A DNA stretch of 63,125 nucleotides, filler included, from Reticulomyxa filosa (taxonomy: Eukaryota > Protista > Foraminifera): the NCBI GenBank assembly GCA_000512085.1. It is 15 parts of 15 records of this genome, joined end to end, with 100 filler letters (N's around TTAATTAATTAA, not from the genome) between each part and the next. Parts side by side here need not be neighbours in the genome. Positions count along the whole stretch, not along the records: positions 1 to 8,417 come from ASPP01007986.1; positions 8,518 to 20,450 come from ASPP01028328.1; 13 more parts are not named here. One strand, written 5' to 3'. A program made the position numbers and the translations under genes. A model generated the notes under the pieces. The model saw only the letters and a list, made by a program, of their open reading frames with translations. It ran no database searches and was not told the DNA's origin. This document shows positions 1 to 11,900 of this stretch, piece after piece. Within the stretch, counting starts at the first letter, position 1, and each line of letters begins with the position of its first letter.

Positions 1-1
1 A

Positions 2-208
2 AAATCTCAAGCTCATGATGCAGCTGTGGCGATGTGCATTTGGTGTTTACATAGTAACACTATTGGAACTGACTTTTTTTTGCGACAAGGATGTCACATT
101 GTTACAGATAACTGTAAAATACATTTCGGAGAGAAGACATACAAATGCACAGGTTTTTGCTATTTATCCAATTGGAAGTTATTCGACAGAAAACAGGACC
201 ACTTGTAA
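2..208 (+). CDS. 3' fragment of a probable GNAT-family acetyltransferase
   Basis: Open frame from the window edge reads AMCIWCLHSNTIGTDFFLRQGCHIV...HFGEKTYKC, resembling the GNAT C-terminal motif B pattern (hhhWhLxxNxxxxxFYxRxG). Partial. Confidence 0.4.
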   Translation, partial: KSQAHDAAVAMCIWCLHSNTIGTDFFLRQGCHIVTDNCKIHFGEKTYKCTGFCYLSNWKLFDRKQDHL

Positions 209-1225
209 GGTTTGATACAAAGATGTGACGGATTTGTTCAACTACCCCTTTTTGTTGTTTTTTTTCACTTTTGAGAATATGTTCGATCCTGTTTCTTGTA
301 AAAAAGTTATGATAACGTCAAATCATTTTTATTTGTTTATAACAAGTTTATATACAACTGAGCGAGTTTAATGTTACTTCGATATCCTTTCTACCTTATT
401 TGATTTTTAAATTTTTCAAAATTTTTAAAACTTCCAAATCACCCTCAAACTTTAAAAAGTACAATTTCATCACAAATGGTAAAATTTTTACTTTAAATTG
501 CAAAAAACACATTATTTCTTAAACAAACATTAAATTACATTGATTGTGCGATTTTTCTTTAATTTTTTGCACCTATATGTATCAACACACAATCTCTTTT
601 GTCATTTTTCTTCAATTATTGCATCAATTAGCAAAACAAAAAAATCAGAAACACAGGTGAATATGTTCATCTCTTTTCTTCAGTAAGTAAAAGGGCTTAG
701 TCATCTTTTTAAATGAAAAAAAGGTGGAAAAAACAAGCTTAACTCTCAAAAATTAAACGAAAATTCGCAATGTTTCAGCCACTCGTACAACTTTGCTAGT
801 CGTCGAGACCAAAGTTTTAAGCTTTCAAGAGTAGCAAGGAATGTACGTGACATCATAAATAAAAAGACAAAAAGCAACAAACAAAAACTAAATTCTTTAA
901 GTGTTATTTAGACATCACAAAACTAACTCAAACTTTTGAAAAAGAGTTTCAAAAAAGTCTTGACAGAAACCTTTCGACACTAAAAAAAGGGAGGTATTAC
1001 TTGTTCACGTGGGACTACTTTGAGCATATATTTTATTAAAATTTTGAATGAAGAAACAAAAAATTTCATAAAAAGTATTGTAAATCGTGAAATCATCAAA
1101 AAAATGTTGCCTTTGAAATAAAACACGCTAAGGTTGTCCTCCTTTAAGTTTTTCTTAAAAAAGAAAAGAAAGTCCGAATGGATTTGAGATGAAGATATGA
1201 TTGCACACAACACGTATGTTTTGTT

Positions 1226-2473
1226 TTATCCCAAAAAAAAAACTCGATAAATGTAATATTCTGTCCAAAAGCATTCCCTTTTCATGCATTTCTTGTAACA
1301 GATCTGTTTCCAAATATCCTCCTTCAAAGCACTCATCAAAGTATTTGTAAATGCACGTTTCTGAGTGAGGGTCATATCGGGAGTGGTCAGCCTCTTTTCG
1401 ACAAAGCAAATGACCAGTCCAAACAACAGTTGTGGTTCGAACGACATGAGTTGATAAAACCAGTGAATCAACCGTTTGATTTGGTCTGTGGTAACCCAAT
1501 GATAATCAGCCAACACATTCAAACTATGAAACTCCCTCCGTAGTTTGACGGCAATCGCTTCAATATGGAATTCATACAGTCGTTTCAAGTCATTGTCAGG
1601 TCTGAGTATATTCACAGAGTTTTTCTCTGTTTCTTCAGTGTGCTTCTCGTCTCTCTCTTCGTGTTCCGTCACATCAACTTTCTGCTCCGTGTCAGACTCC
1701 TTATTTTCGGAAATAGTGTCCACTTCGGAGTCACTTTGATCCGAACTTTGGAGTGTGCGAAACTGTACAAAGACTCGCTCATAAGTAAGGAGTGTATACA
1801 AAGTTGAAAGGTAGGATATTTTCCCACATTCCAAAACTAATGATGAAATCATAAATTCTTGCCCTGCCATTAACACTTCCAACCAATACTCTTTCAAACA
1901 GTCTCGCCATCGCACATCTTTCATTGCAAACTTTAGAATGGCTTCAAATATCACTTTCTCCATTTGCGGGAGGAATACGTCTTGATCCTTTTTTTTTTTT
2001 TTTTTTGTTGAGATATATTGTTGCTTCTTTGCATTTGCTTACTTTTCATTTGGACAAAACTTGGAAAGACCGTTTTTCCAGCGAGAAAACATCGCGTCAA
2101 AAACAGGGGAAATTTCACAGAGTGCGTTTCTCATTTCTGCGTTTAACAGAAATATGTTGGAACTGCTCTCTTTGTCTGTGCTTGTCGTATTCTCATTTGT
2201 GCTTTTCTTTAGTATCACCTTTATTATCTCTGGTGTTTTTTGTTCGCTTTTTTCCTTGTCGTTCGGCTCGTCTTCTAAACTCTCCAAAGGGGGAGAGGTT
2301 TGGTCTTCTTTTTCTTCTTCAGCATTTGTATTCAAGCGCCAATCTGGGTCATACTTCAATTGTAAAACGTTATTTGTGTGCATAACAAATGAAAAAGGAT
2401 CAACACCATTGCTAGAATTTTTCGTTAGCAAGCTTTTCGGAGCCCTAGCTTGATACTTGTACCAATTTAACAA
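1226..2473 (-). CDS. BTB/POZ-domain protein (two or more exons)
   Basis: ORFs 2039-2473 and 1226-1963 are separated by a short intron (donor GTAAGC at ~2042). Joined, they read ALCEISPVFDAMFSRW..VFLPQMEKVIFEAILKF..EVLMAGQEFMISSLVLEC, the BTB signature. Intron phase does not join cleanly and the true start is uncertain. Confidence 0.65.
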
Positions 2474-3447
2474 TAAAGTAGTACGTACAAATTTTTAATT
2501 CGTTTGCTCTTTTTTTGGCTGTGATGTACCGAATTTATCCACTTTTTTACAAAATTTCACAACACCACATTGCAAATCAAATTTTAGTGTTGCTTTGTAC
2601 TTTCAAAAATTGCAAGCAATCGACAAATTACTGAATTGCTTTTTTGAAACTAAAAAGATACAAAATTTTTGAAACTATCTAAGACGAATAAATTGGAGAA
2701 TAACTATTGAAATTGTGGTATTTGTTTCTTCAGAAACTTTTTCTTTTAAAAAATATCATCCGAAACATAGATGTGACCTTCTGGAAATCAACATTGCACT
2801 TGTAACAAAGAACTCAATAGAAAAACAGACGATTGATCAAGCTGACATCTGTATCAGAATATATTTTAGCCCCTAAAGAAGATATTTGTATTTGTTGTTA
2901 AAGCATTTCACACATTGCAAAGGAAAAGCCTTTCTTATCCAGTGGTTGATTAATTTTTTTCCTGTCATAAAAAATCCTTCAACATTTAAATGCAAACCGA
3001 AAAATCATAAAAAAACGTTTTTTAATGTTACTTAACCCAAAAAATTGCAATTATGATTTTGACAACAAATTTTTATTTTTTAATTTGAAAAAAACGAAGC
3101 ATTGAAATTTTCTTTGGTACAAAGCACAATCTGATTAATTTCAATCGCTCTTCCAAATTACATTTTTACTCATGTATGGCTCTTGCATGGAAAAAGTTTA
3201 AACTATTTCTCTTTTTGTATATACTTTGTCGATCATAAATTCTGTTCTCGGCCTTTAACATTTTATTTATTGTCATTGTAAAGAAAAACAAATATATTAA
3301 GTTTCAAAAAGGGAAAATTCACAAACAAAAGAAACAGTCGTGACGACGTTTAAAAAACGACTTCGACCAGTTCAGTTGAATTTAATTTTTTCAACATAAC
3401 TTTTTCGTTAGTATGATAAATTGTCTTTCTAAGCTAGAATCTTACTA

Positions 3448-3633
3448 CAGGACCAGTTAATTGCCTTTTGTTCATGAAAGAAGGACAACATTACAGAAAA
3501 AAAAAGAAAAAAAAGAAAAAAAAATGGAACTACCCCTTTTTGGGTACTTTTTTGGTTGACGATTTACGTTTATCACGAAGATTCTGTAGTTTTGCACTGT
3601 TTTTCTGTTTTGTGCGACACTGAACTTGTCCTG
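3448..3633. mobile_element. Putative Tc1/mariner-type MITE relic (~186 bp)
   Basis: TA|CAGGACCAGTT ... AACTTGTCCTG|TA: imperfect terminal inverted repeats starting with CAG and flanked by TA on both sides; non-coding interior. Confidence 0.35.
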
Positions 3634-5025
3634 TAGAACGTGTGCTCGTTAGTTTTCTTTTTTCTTTGGCAGTGTAATTTTTTTTTGGTTCAACTAGTAT
3701 TAAAATCTTGAAAATACGCTCTTGGTGCGTCTACTAGATCAAAGAGAAACCAAAAAAACGGAAAATGGACTGATCTTAATGATAAGCGAGTTGAATTTTG
3801 TGCTGTTAAAGTCCAACACTAGTTTTGCAAACTCTACTAAATGAAAGTAATGTTATTTGTTTTAAAACTTCTCATTTGCTCATTTGTAACTTTTTGTCTA
3901 ATTGATTACTTGAATTAGTTTTGATTTGATAAAACACATAAATTACAAGATGCTCTACTATTAAAGCATTAATATAAGAAAGGTGCTGCATCAATCCAAA
4001 TCACTATATGAACTCTCTTCAAGAATTAATGAAACGAAAATGTTTCTGTTAAATGTCCAGAAAACTACTATAAGCATTGCAACAGCTTTTATATTTGTTC
4101 ATATGGTACTGTATGTGCAATATCTAACAAACTCTGAGTCACAGAAACATAATATTTTGCTATTCGACGTGATTTTCACTTTTTTTTATTTGTTAGCTTA
4201 AAATAAAGTTATTGTCTTCGTCTTCATTGAATAACTAAGCCAAATATAGTAATTTTTTAGACAATATCAGAAAAATAATTTGTTTTTATTGATAAAACAA
4301 CAAAGACAGTTCTTTTCCATTTGTTTGAACAAAAATATTGTTGCAAACCGAAAAAGATTAACTTTTAGTTAATTATGTCTTTGACATAGTAAAGTAATAC
4401 GTTATAGTATTTTCGAACATGTTCAACTACTTTTGTTCAAGCAACTTGTCTGGCAATCTGGAGATTAAAAAATTATTTTTCTAAACTTTAAAGACAACGA
4501 ACTAAACGAATGATGCTGGATAAAAAAATTAAAAATCTGTAACTAGACCCTTTTTAAGAAAATCTTCCATTCATCAAAATTTTTATTTTGTGTCCAAATA
4601 ATTCTTTTATTGTTTTGGACAATTACAAATCTTTTTTATTCATTTTTTCAATGATAAGAATAGCAACTCTTTGTTCATTTAAGGAGTATATATCACTGTA
4701 ACTCCTTTACAATGTCATCACAATTTTTGTGTTCAACTTATTGTACATCCCATAACTAAATTGTTTCTTTTGTTTAAAAATACGTACATTTCTTATAAAA
4801 GTGAGACTTGATGCCTTGAAATGCACAAAGTAGAAGACCGATATTGCGTATTCCTAACAAAAAGCTTGTGAAATACAGAAAACTTAAAATGTTACAATTT
4901 TGATACAAAACAAAAAGAATTGAAGCATTTTCGATTTCAGTTCAGTTTACGTGCACAACGTGAAGACTGCACTTTAAAAAGTTTTAGGTCTATCAAGGGT
5001 AATTCATCAGGATAATTTCACGAGA

Positions 5026-5640
5026 ATGAGCAAACTTCCAGAAGCAGAAGAAGAATCCAGCTCTGATGAAGAACTATACCCAAAAGATGTCCTAGATGAG
5101 GGTGATATTCAAATTCCAACGAACGAAATGTTTGACGACTTGTTGCGACAAGAAGTGAAAGATATTGAATTTGCTTGCAAGAAAATTGATTTCAAATTTG
5201 GAGATAAAGTCATAACCTTTCCGTTTTTTCTTTTTTTTTACAAAATGTGATGTACTACTACGTCACAAACAAATATGGAAAAAAATAATTGTTCAGAGTA
5301 GTCAATTTGATGCAATCGTTGATCTGACATTGTCCGATGAGAAAAATACAGTCATTCGTGTTGGCACAGTAATGGCAAAAGGATACACGGTATTTCACAA
5401 ACATCCCGTTTATATTTGAAGCTATCAAAGGGATCGATAACCAAACTTTTTTCCTTACATTTATCTGACTTTTTTTCTTCCTTCATTTCCCAACAGAGGA
5501 TAGAAAGCGACGGAAAAAATGACAAAGCAAAAAGCGAGACACAGAAATGGTATGAGTCATTGCATACACTTTTGTTGAAAGAATCCGAATATTATGGCAA
5601 AGTATGTCAAGATCGTATTCAAAAGCAACTGGCACAATAA
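5026..5640 (+). CDS. GSKIP: GSKIP-domain (GSK3B-interacting protein-like) protein, 3 exons
   Basis: Exons 5026-5208, 5297-5389 and 5497-5640 join in phase 0 via GT-AG introns. The protein has QEVKDIEFACKKI near the start and WYESLHTLLLKESEYYGKVCQDRIQKQL at the end, matching the GSKIP YETxxxLLxxxSxxY...L motif. Confidence 0.6.
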
Positions 5641-6289
5641 CAAACTATGTACTATGTGCTATCACAAATCAACCAAATTTTTTTCTTTCAAACAGAATAT
5701 TTGGACCAAAGTTGTAAAAGAAGAGCTAAGGTGATATTCCTTGGAGAAGTTGTGAAAAGCTTGTTCATTTTTTTTCTTAACCATGGAAATCATAAAAAAC
5801 AACAAAAAATTTGGCAAACAAACACGACTTCACTATTCACTGTAAATGATAACTTCGGCTCTCAGTCTTGAAAAGAGACAATTGTCTACTCACAAAAAAG
5901 CAAAAACAGCGCAGAAAAGAGTAGCAACAAAGAAAAATAAAACGCTACCGAAAAATCAAACTATTTTGCAAAGTAAAAAAAGTGTGACCCTTTTTTTTCG
6001 AACAAGCACTAAAAAGGACACTCCTGAATGAGGATCAAACAGAATTAAAAAAGTTGTTGTAACCTTTAAAAAGTATTGTTATGAATATCTTACTGGCTTG
6101 AATCTTACGTAAGCAAACTTTTAAGACAAAGGAAGCAAGAGCAACTCGAGAAAAAAAAAATACTAAAAGATTGTTTTGATGAACAACCCAAGAGATAATC
6201 ACTCCATAGTAAAGCGCCTGAATCCTAGGTATGTCAAGATGTTTCGATCAGATGTAATTCAACGAAAGGATCAGGACATGAGAAATTAA

Positions 6290-6706
6290 GTGCGGATGGA
6301 GGGATATGAAACGAAAGGGACAGGAAAACAAGGAGGAAAATGTTATGATGATGGGAGTTTGTTAAAAAAGGTTCATTTTAAAAGAGGCAAAGATGAAATA
6401 ATTGAATTGATAATTTCCCAACATATAGTGAATTATGGAAAAAGACAATGTAATGGATTAGATGGTAGTGATATCCTTGGAGGAGGTGGTGGTAGCGGTG
6501 GATCCATTCTTATTAAAGTTGTGAGTGAAAATTTTTCTTTACTAAAGCACACTCCTGGAATTATTCAATGCTTAGGTGGTAATAAGAATACATCTTGGAG
6601 AGAAGGGGGAATGGGAAGAATAGCTATTTATGGATTTAATATTGAATCTAAAGATTTGGAGAGTATTTCTCCTGTTCCTTACAATAAGCAATTTATTGTT
6701 CGTTAG
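6290..6706 (+). pseudogene. Glycine-rich repeat domain fragment (GGGGGSGGSI..GGxGRIAIY), probably degenerate
   Basis: C-terminal Gly-rich beta-strand motifs are present, but there is no ATG start (GTG) and Gly-rich blocks expected upstream are eroded. Confidence 0.4.
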
Positions 6707-7136
6707 TTTATTGTGTGGAATAAAAAACACTCTTCATTTGTCTTTTAATTTTTAAATTTTAATTTCATCCCTTGTTTTTTTTTAAAATAATTTTTTAAAG
6801 ATGTTTTCGTGCAAACTTTTTTTTTTTTAAATGTGGCTCTCAATCCAACACCTTGAAAACAAAAAAGCAGTTGATCAATAGAAACAAACAAAAAAATCTG
6901 TCAATTAACCAATAAAAAAAAGTAATCAGTCTATCAATCAATTTATCAGAAATGAAAGATGAAAAATAAAAATTAAAAACACATCATCACTTTGATTACA
7001 TTTACTCTCCATGGAATGCAAAAAAAATAACACATTGAATACAAAATTTTTGATTAAAATAACATTAGCAAAATTACAACAAATGATTGTCCCAAAAAGA
7101 GAAGGAAACATTGGTCTTCCCGGTCATTTTTGAAAC

Positions 7137-8328
7137 CTAGCATTCAGAACTGAGCATCACCGGTACTAGAAATTCCCAAGTGTTGATGAGTTCTGTAATG
7201 CACTCATAATGAGCCTAACTCGCATCCTCATATACATTAGTATTTGAGGTAGAGCTTACATGTATTAGAATTCTAACTTGTATACATACCAAATAAAATT
7301 TCATGCATCACACTTCTTTTTTTTAAAAAAAATTATTGCTAACAAGATTCTGTCTCGTTTCATCATAACATAAAATCCGATAATTATCGTCATCGACAAT
7401 AAATCCACCAATGAGCAACGAAGTGATGGCAAGAGGTCTTATTTGTAAATCTACGCGAAACTGCAAGCACGCTTTGCCGTAATGCCTCGAGGCAGGTGGC
7501 GTGTTGGTTTTGTCATAAATTTCGTTTAAGCAAGTAATATACGACGTCATATTTTCCAAAGTGCTCGCAAGTATCAAGATGAAGGTATCAGTCGGGGCGT
7601 GATGAATTAACTGATGACATTCACAGTATTGAAAAAGTTTTTCAATAGATTTTGGCATTTGAACGAGGGTTGTTTCGTAAATGCGTGCTATATACCGTTC
7701 CAAATAAATAGCAAATGCACACATATATGGACTGTATATGTACGCATAGGTACATAAATAAATGCATAAAAAAACTGTTGGAAGAGATCAATCCCATAGC
7801 ACTACTGGTCCGCTTTACGGCATCGAACAGATTGGACGCGGATGAATTGGACTTGTTAGATTTGGACCGCGTCAATATTGCATCGGTGTCCACAGTGTCG
7901 GAAGGGTTGAATGGACTGTCTCTGGACTTGGATCGTCCACGCACGAGTGCTAGCTTCGGCGTGACCGTTTGAGCTTGCGACTGCAAACCGTGCTGAGCAT
8001 CGCGCACCGACATGGAATCCCGGGGACGTCCTCTCGACGTCGGTGCACTTTGGCTTCTCGCCCGTCTGTGCTTCCAATCCTTTGACATGGAGAAGCTCAT
8101 CGGCGTCACTGGCTGCACGTAGTGTCCAAGAGCCATTTTGGTTGATATCGATGGCAGGATCTTGCCGGAGAGTGAAAGTGGTTCAATCTTTGGTGGTTTG
8201 TTGGCCAAGCAAGAATCTCCGTTCGAAGTCGTCTTTGTGTCATTCTTCTTGGACACGACTGCAGGACTTGTTTCTTGATCTTCTTTAACCGCCTTCAGCA
8301 CATCTGACGAGGAGCCTGCTCTGAACAA
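7137..8328 (-). CDS. Hypothetical protein, 3' part (Ser/Arg-rich disordered region plus a C-terminal globular domain)
   Basis: ORFs 7642-8328 and 7323-7724 are separated by an AT-rich intron-like stretch, with a further short exon near 7167-7255. Higher GC than the flanks; truncated by the contig break. Confidence 0.55.
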
Positions 8329-8417
8329 AGGGATTTGTTCTTTCGATTGTCCATTTTTATGTTTTTTGCGAGCCTTGTTGTCTTCTTATCATTTCCCCCG
8401 CCCAATTCATCAAAAAA

Positions 8418-8517
8418 NNNNNNNNNNNNNNNNNNNNNNNNNNNNNNNNNNNNNNNNNNNNTTAATTAATTAANNNNNNNNNNNNNNNNNNNNNNNNNNN
8501 NNNNNNNNNNNNNNNNN
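8418..8517. other. Artificial contig linker (first of 14)
   Basis: N-run + TTAATTAATTAA (stops in all six frames) + N-run, 100 nt. The same linker occurs at 20451, 22513, 25878, 28399, 31687, 35806, 41163, 42336, 48423, 54012, 56793, 58782 and 60075. Confidence 0.99.
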
Positions 8518-8620
8518 AAAACTACAAGACTTGTAGATATTTTTAAAAAAAAAATTAGGTCTAAATATTGATTTTTCATTGAGAAAATCAATTATCATCA
8601 TAAGATATGTTTTAGGCGTT
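8518..8620 (+). repeat. Dispersed non-coding repeat, copy 1
   Basis: AAAACTACAAGA..GTAGATATTTTT..AAAAAAAA...ATTTTTCAT.GAGAAAATC.ATT.TC.TCATA...TTTAGG aligns by eye with 60251-60350. Confidence 0.7.
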
Positions 8621-8994
8621 CAGTTTTCTTTGCAACCTACTGTATTATATTGTAAGTTAAAACAAATACTCAATCTTTTTTTTGCAATCTACTGTATTTG
8701 TTATTCTGTTTTTTAAGATTAGAATGGTAACTGAAAATCGGAAAGTATTTTTTGACAACAAAATTGACAACATGTGACGATTTGCTTGCAGAAAAAGGGC
8801 AGTCCTTCAGGATTAAGCTTGGATAAAAAGAAGTGATTAATTGTCAATAAAGTATTTTTGTGCAAAAAATACCTTCCATTTCTGAATGGAATATTCCAAG
8901 TTTTTTTTTAGTTCGTGAAAAAAACGTCTTTTGAAATTTTGCTCTACATTAATTTTAGCAAGATCAAACTCTAACTTTTCTTATTTCTTAAACC

Positions 8995-11900
8995 ATGACA
9001 TTTTTATTCCAGAGGCAACCAAGACAGAACAATTGTAAGTATATTTCTTTTTTCATTTCTGCGTTAACAAGGAAAAAAATCAAATAAAAAAAAGCTAAAA
9101 TCAATGATCACCAAATTATGGATGGATGGAAATTTGCTGTAAGTACAGAACAATTTATTGAAACGCTTTATGAAAGTACCCAGACAAGAGAGATGAAAGA
9201 AATAGCTTCCATTTTCGCATTTGCGCACAAAGACTTTGCCCCACTTGTAGAGACACGTGACGTATATGCTAAAGTTTGGATATAATTGCATGTTAAATTT
9301 CTTTCTATTAAAAAGAAAAGATATACCATAACCAATATGTGCGCTACTATTGCTCGATTAGACTCAAGATGTAATGCGTGTATTCACACAAAGCAATGTG
9401 AATGAATTGGCGTGTGTTAGTAAAGAACGTGTCAAACTTGTAGGAGGAATGCAAGATGAATCAAAGACAAAAAAATATGAAGCGGAAATGAGTACATTAA
9501 TGAAACTGTACGGTGATGTAATCAAAGAAGATATATTAAGGAAAAAACTCGAACAAAGCAACGGAAATGTGTCAGTGGTGATTGATCAAATCACAGTCAC
9601 GTTACTGAACCAGAATGTTATTTATACTTTTGTATACAACAAAAAAATACACTATATACAAGATATTACTTTTACAATAAATAGACTACTGTCCAAGATT
9701 CAATTGAAGAAAGCAAAACGGATCAAGTCAGATTATTGACGTTCTTTTTTTTTTTATCAAATCCTTTGTTGATATACTTGCATAATAATGTGCATTTTAT
9801 TGTATCTGCCTGTGTGTAAAAAAAAGAAAACAAATAACAACGATGGAGTAAATGCTAAACTAGAACAAGAGCCAGAAAAATTGAAAAAAGAAGATGAAAA
9901 AGCAGAAATTGGAGAAACTAAACCTGGAATTAATTTACAAGGTTATTGCATAAATACAGATTGCTTAGCTTCAAAAGCAACGCTTCCAGTATGGGTAAAT
10001 CTTGGATTTGGTGATATTTCATTCAACTCAGAAAAAACATTATATAATTGTCCAGATTGTGGACAATCCGCTGTCACATCCATTGTAAAGGCAATGATTT
10101 TCAATTCAGAACATACGATCAGTTCAAATGATAACCAAATCCCTGTGGAGGATAATCACTACCAATGTTTTTACCTAATCAAATTAGGACTATCTTATGA
10201 AATAACAGCCAAGAAAATCAGACAACATGCGGCGAATTTGGAAGATCTAATTACTCGAAGTGAGAAGGCGATGATAAGTAATGAGATAATCAGTTTGGTT
10301 TCTGAGTTGCAGAAATATTTAATAACAGTAGTAAAACCACCCAACGTAAAAGATAGGTTAAGATTATTAGAAAAAATCCAACATGATTATAATGGAGATT
10401 ATAATCAAGTATTCGATGTTGGAAGATTTACAATTTTATGCGACAATGCAACCAAATTGCAAACGGCAGTGGCGGTAATGAAGAAAGCAGAAAAATTTAA
10501 TTTGATTGTATCTGAGGATAAAGATTTTTTTGAAAGACAATCAAAGACACATCACAGATTCCACAATATTAAATTATTTGTTCCAAAATATGATGTATAT
10601 GTGGAAATGCAAGCAACATTAAAAAAATTTACGACATTGCAAGGATATACAGTAATTGAGAATCCAAAATTAAGCCATTTATTTTATGAACATATTCGAG
10701 CATGGAAACAAAGGATACAGAAGAAGAAGATTTAAAACAAGCAAGTGATGAAACATTAACAAAAATTAATGATATTATTTGTGAATGGATAGATGACAAA
10801 GGGATACAAAAATTAGCAAATCGTTATAAATCACATTTGGATATTGGAATACTGAAACCATCACAATTGTCTAAAAATAAATTGGAAATTAATAATGTGT
10901 CATTGGAAATGGCACAATTTGTATATGAACAATTATGTACATTTACTCCAGAGAAAATAAAAGGAAAAGCTATTTATGTGATTTTATATGAATATTATAA
11001 AAGATATATCATTGGAGATAAAAATCCAGCAAGTTGTGCTGATTTTGCATTATTATTACAAGAATCAAGAAAACAAGAAATGGAAGAAGATATCACCATA
11101 CCACAAGCTCTTGAAACGTATATTCCATTACAAGCAAATAAATATCAACATGTGGATGGTGAAGATAATCAAAAAAACGATACATTTGATTGTCATCAAC
11201 ATGCCATTGAATTTTTAGAAGAAAAAAAAAGTGAACAACATCAAAGAAAAGTAATGGTAATACAAGGGAAATCAGGATCAGGAAAGAGTATATTTTGTCG
11301 TCATTTGGAAGAAACGTTGTGGAATAATTATATAAATGATTCAAAACAACCTATTCCTGTTTATGTTTCTTTTCCAAAGGTGTATAATATAAAAAACGAA
11401 AGAGAAATCATTTTGCAAGTATTACAAGGTAAACATATTAGCAAAGAAAGTATAAATGCAATTCGTGAAAGAGTATCATTTATATTTATTATGGATGGTT
11501 TTGATGAAATATTTGATAAATATAATCAAAGTGATAACAATGATCAATATTTCTATGATCGTTTCCATTTAAATCAATGGAATGCAAAAGTGATTGTCAC
11601 TTGTAGAAGTAAAGTACTAAATGACGAAGATATCAAAACTACTTTAATTGGTGTGAATCAAAGCCAAAATATAACAACATCAATGATGTATTTATGGCCA
11701 TTTACAAAACAACAAATTTATAATTATATTGAAAAATTTGCAACAATGAAATCCAAAAATAACAAAAACAATGATTGGACGCCAAAGAAATATCAAGAAA
11801 CATTGAACAATTATCCAAATTTACAGAAAATGATAGAGGAACCATTTCTCCTTCAACTTATTTTGACTGTATTACCATCATTGGTGAAACAATATGGCGC

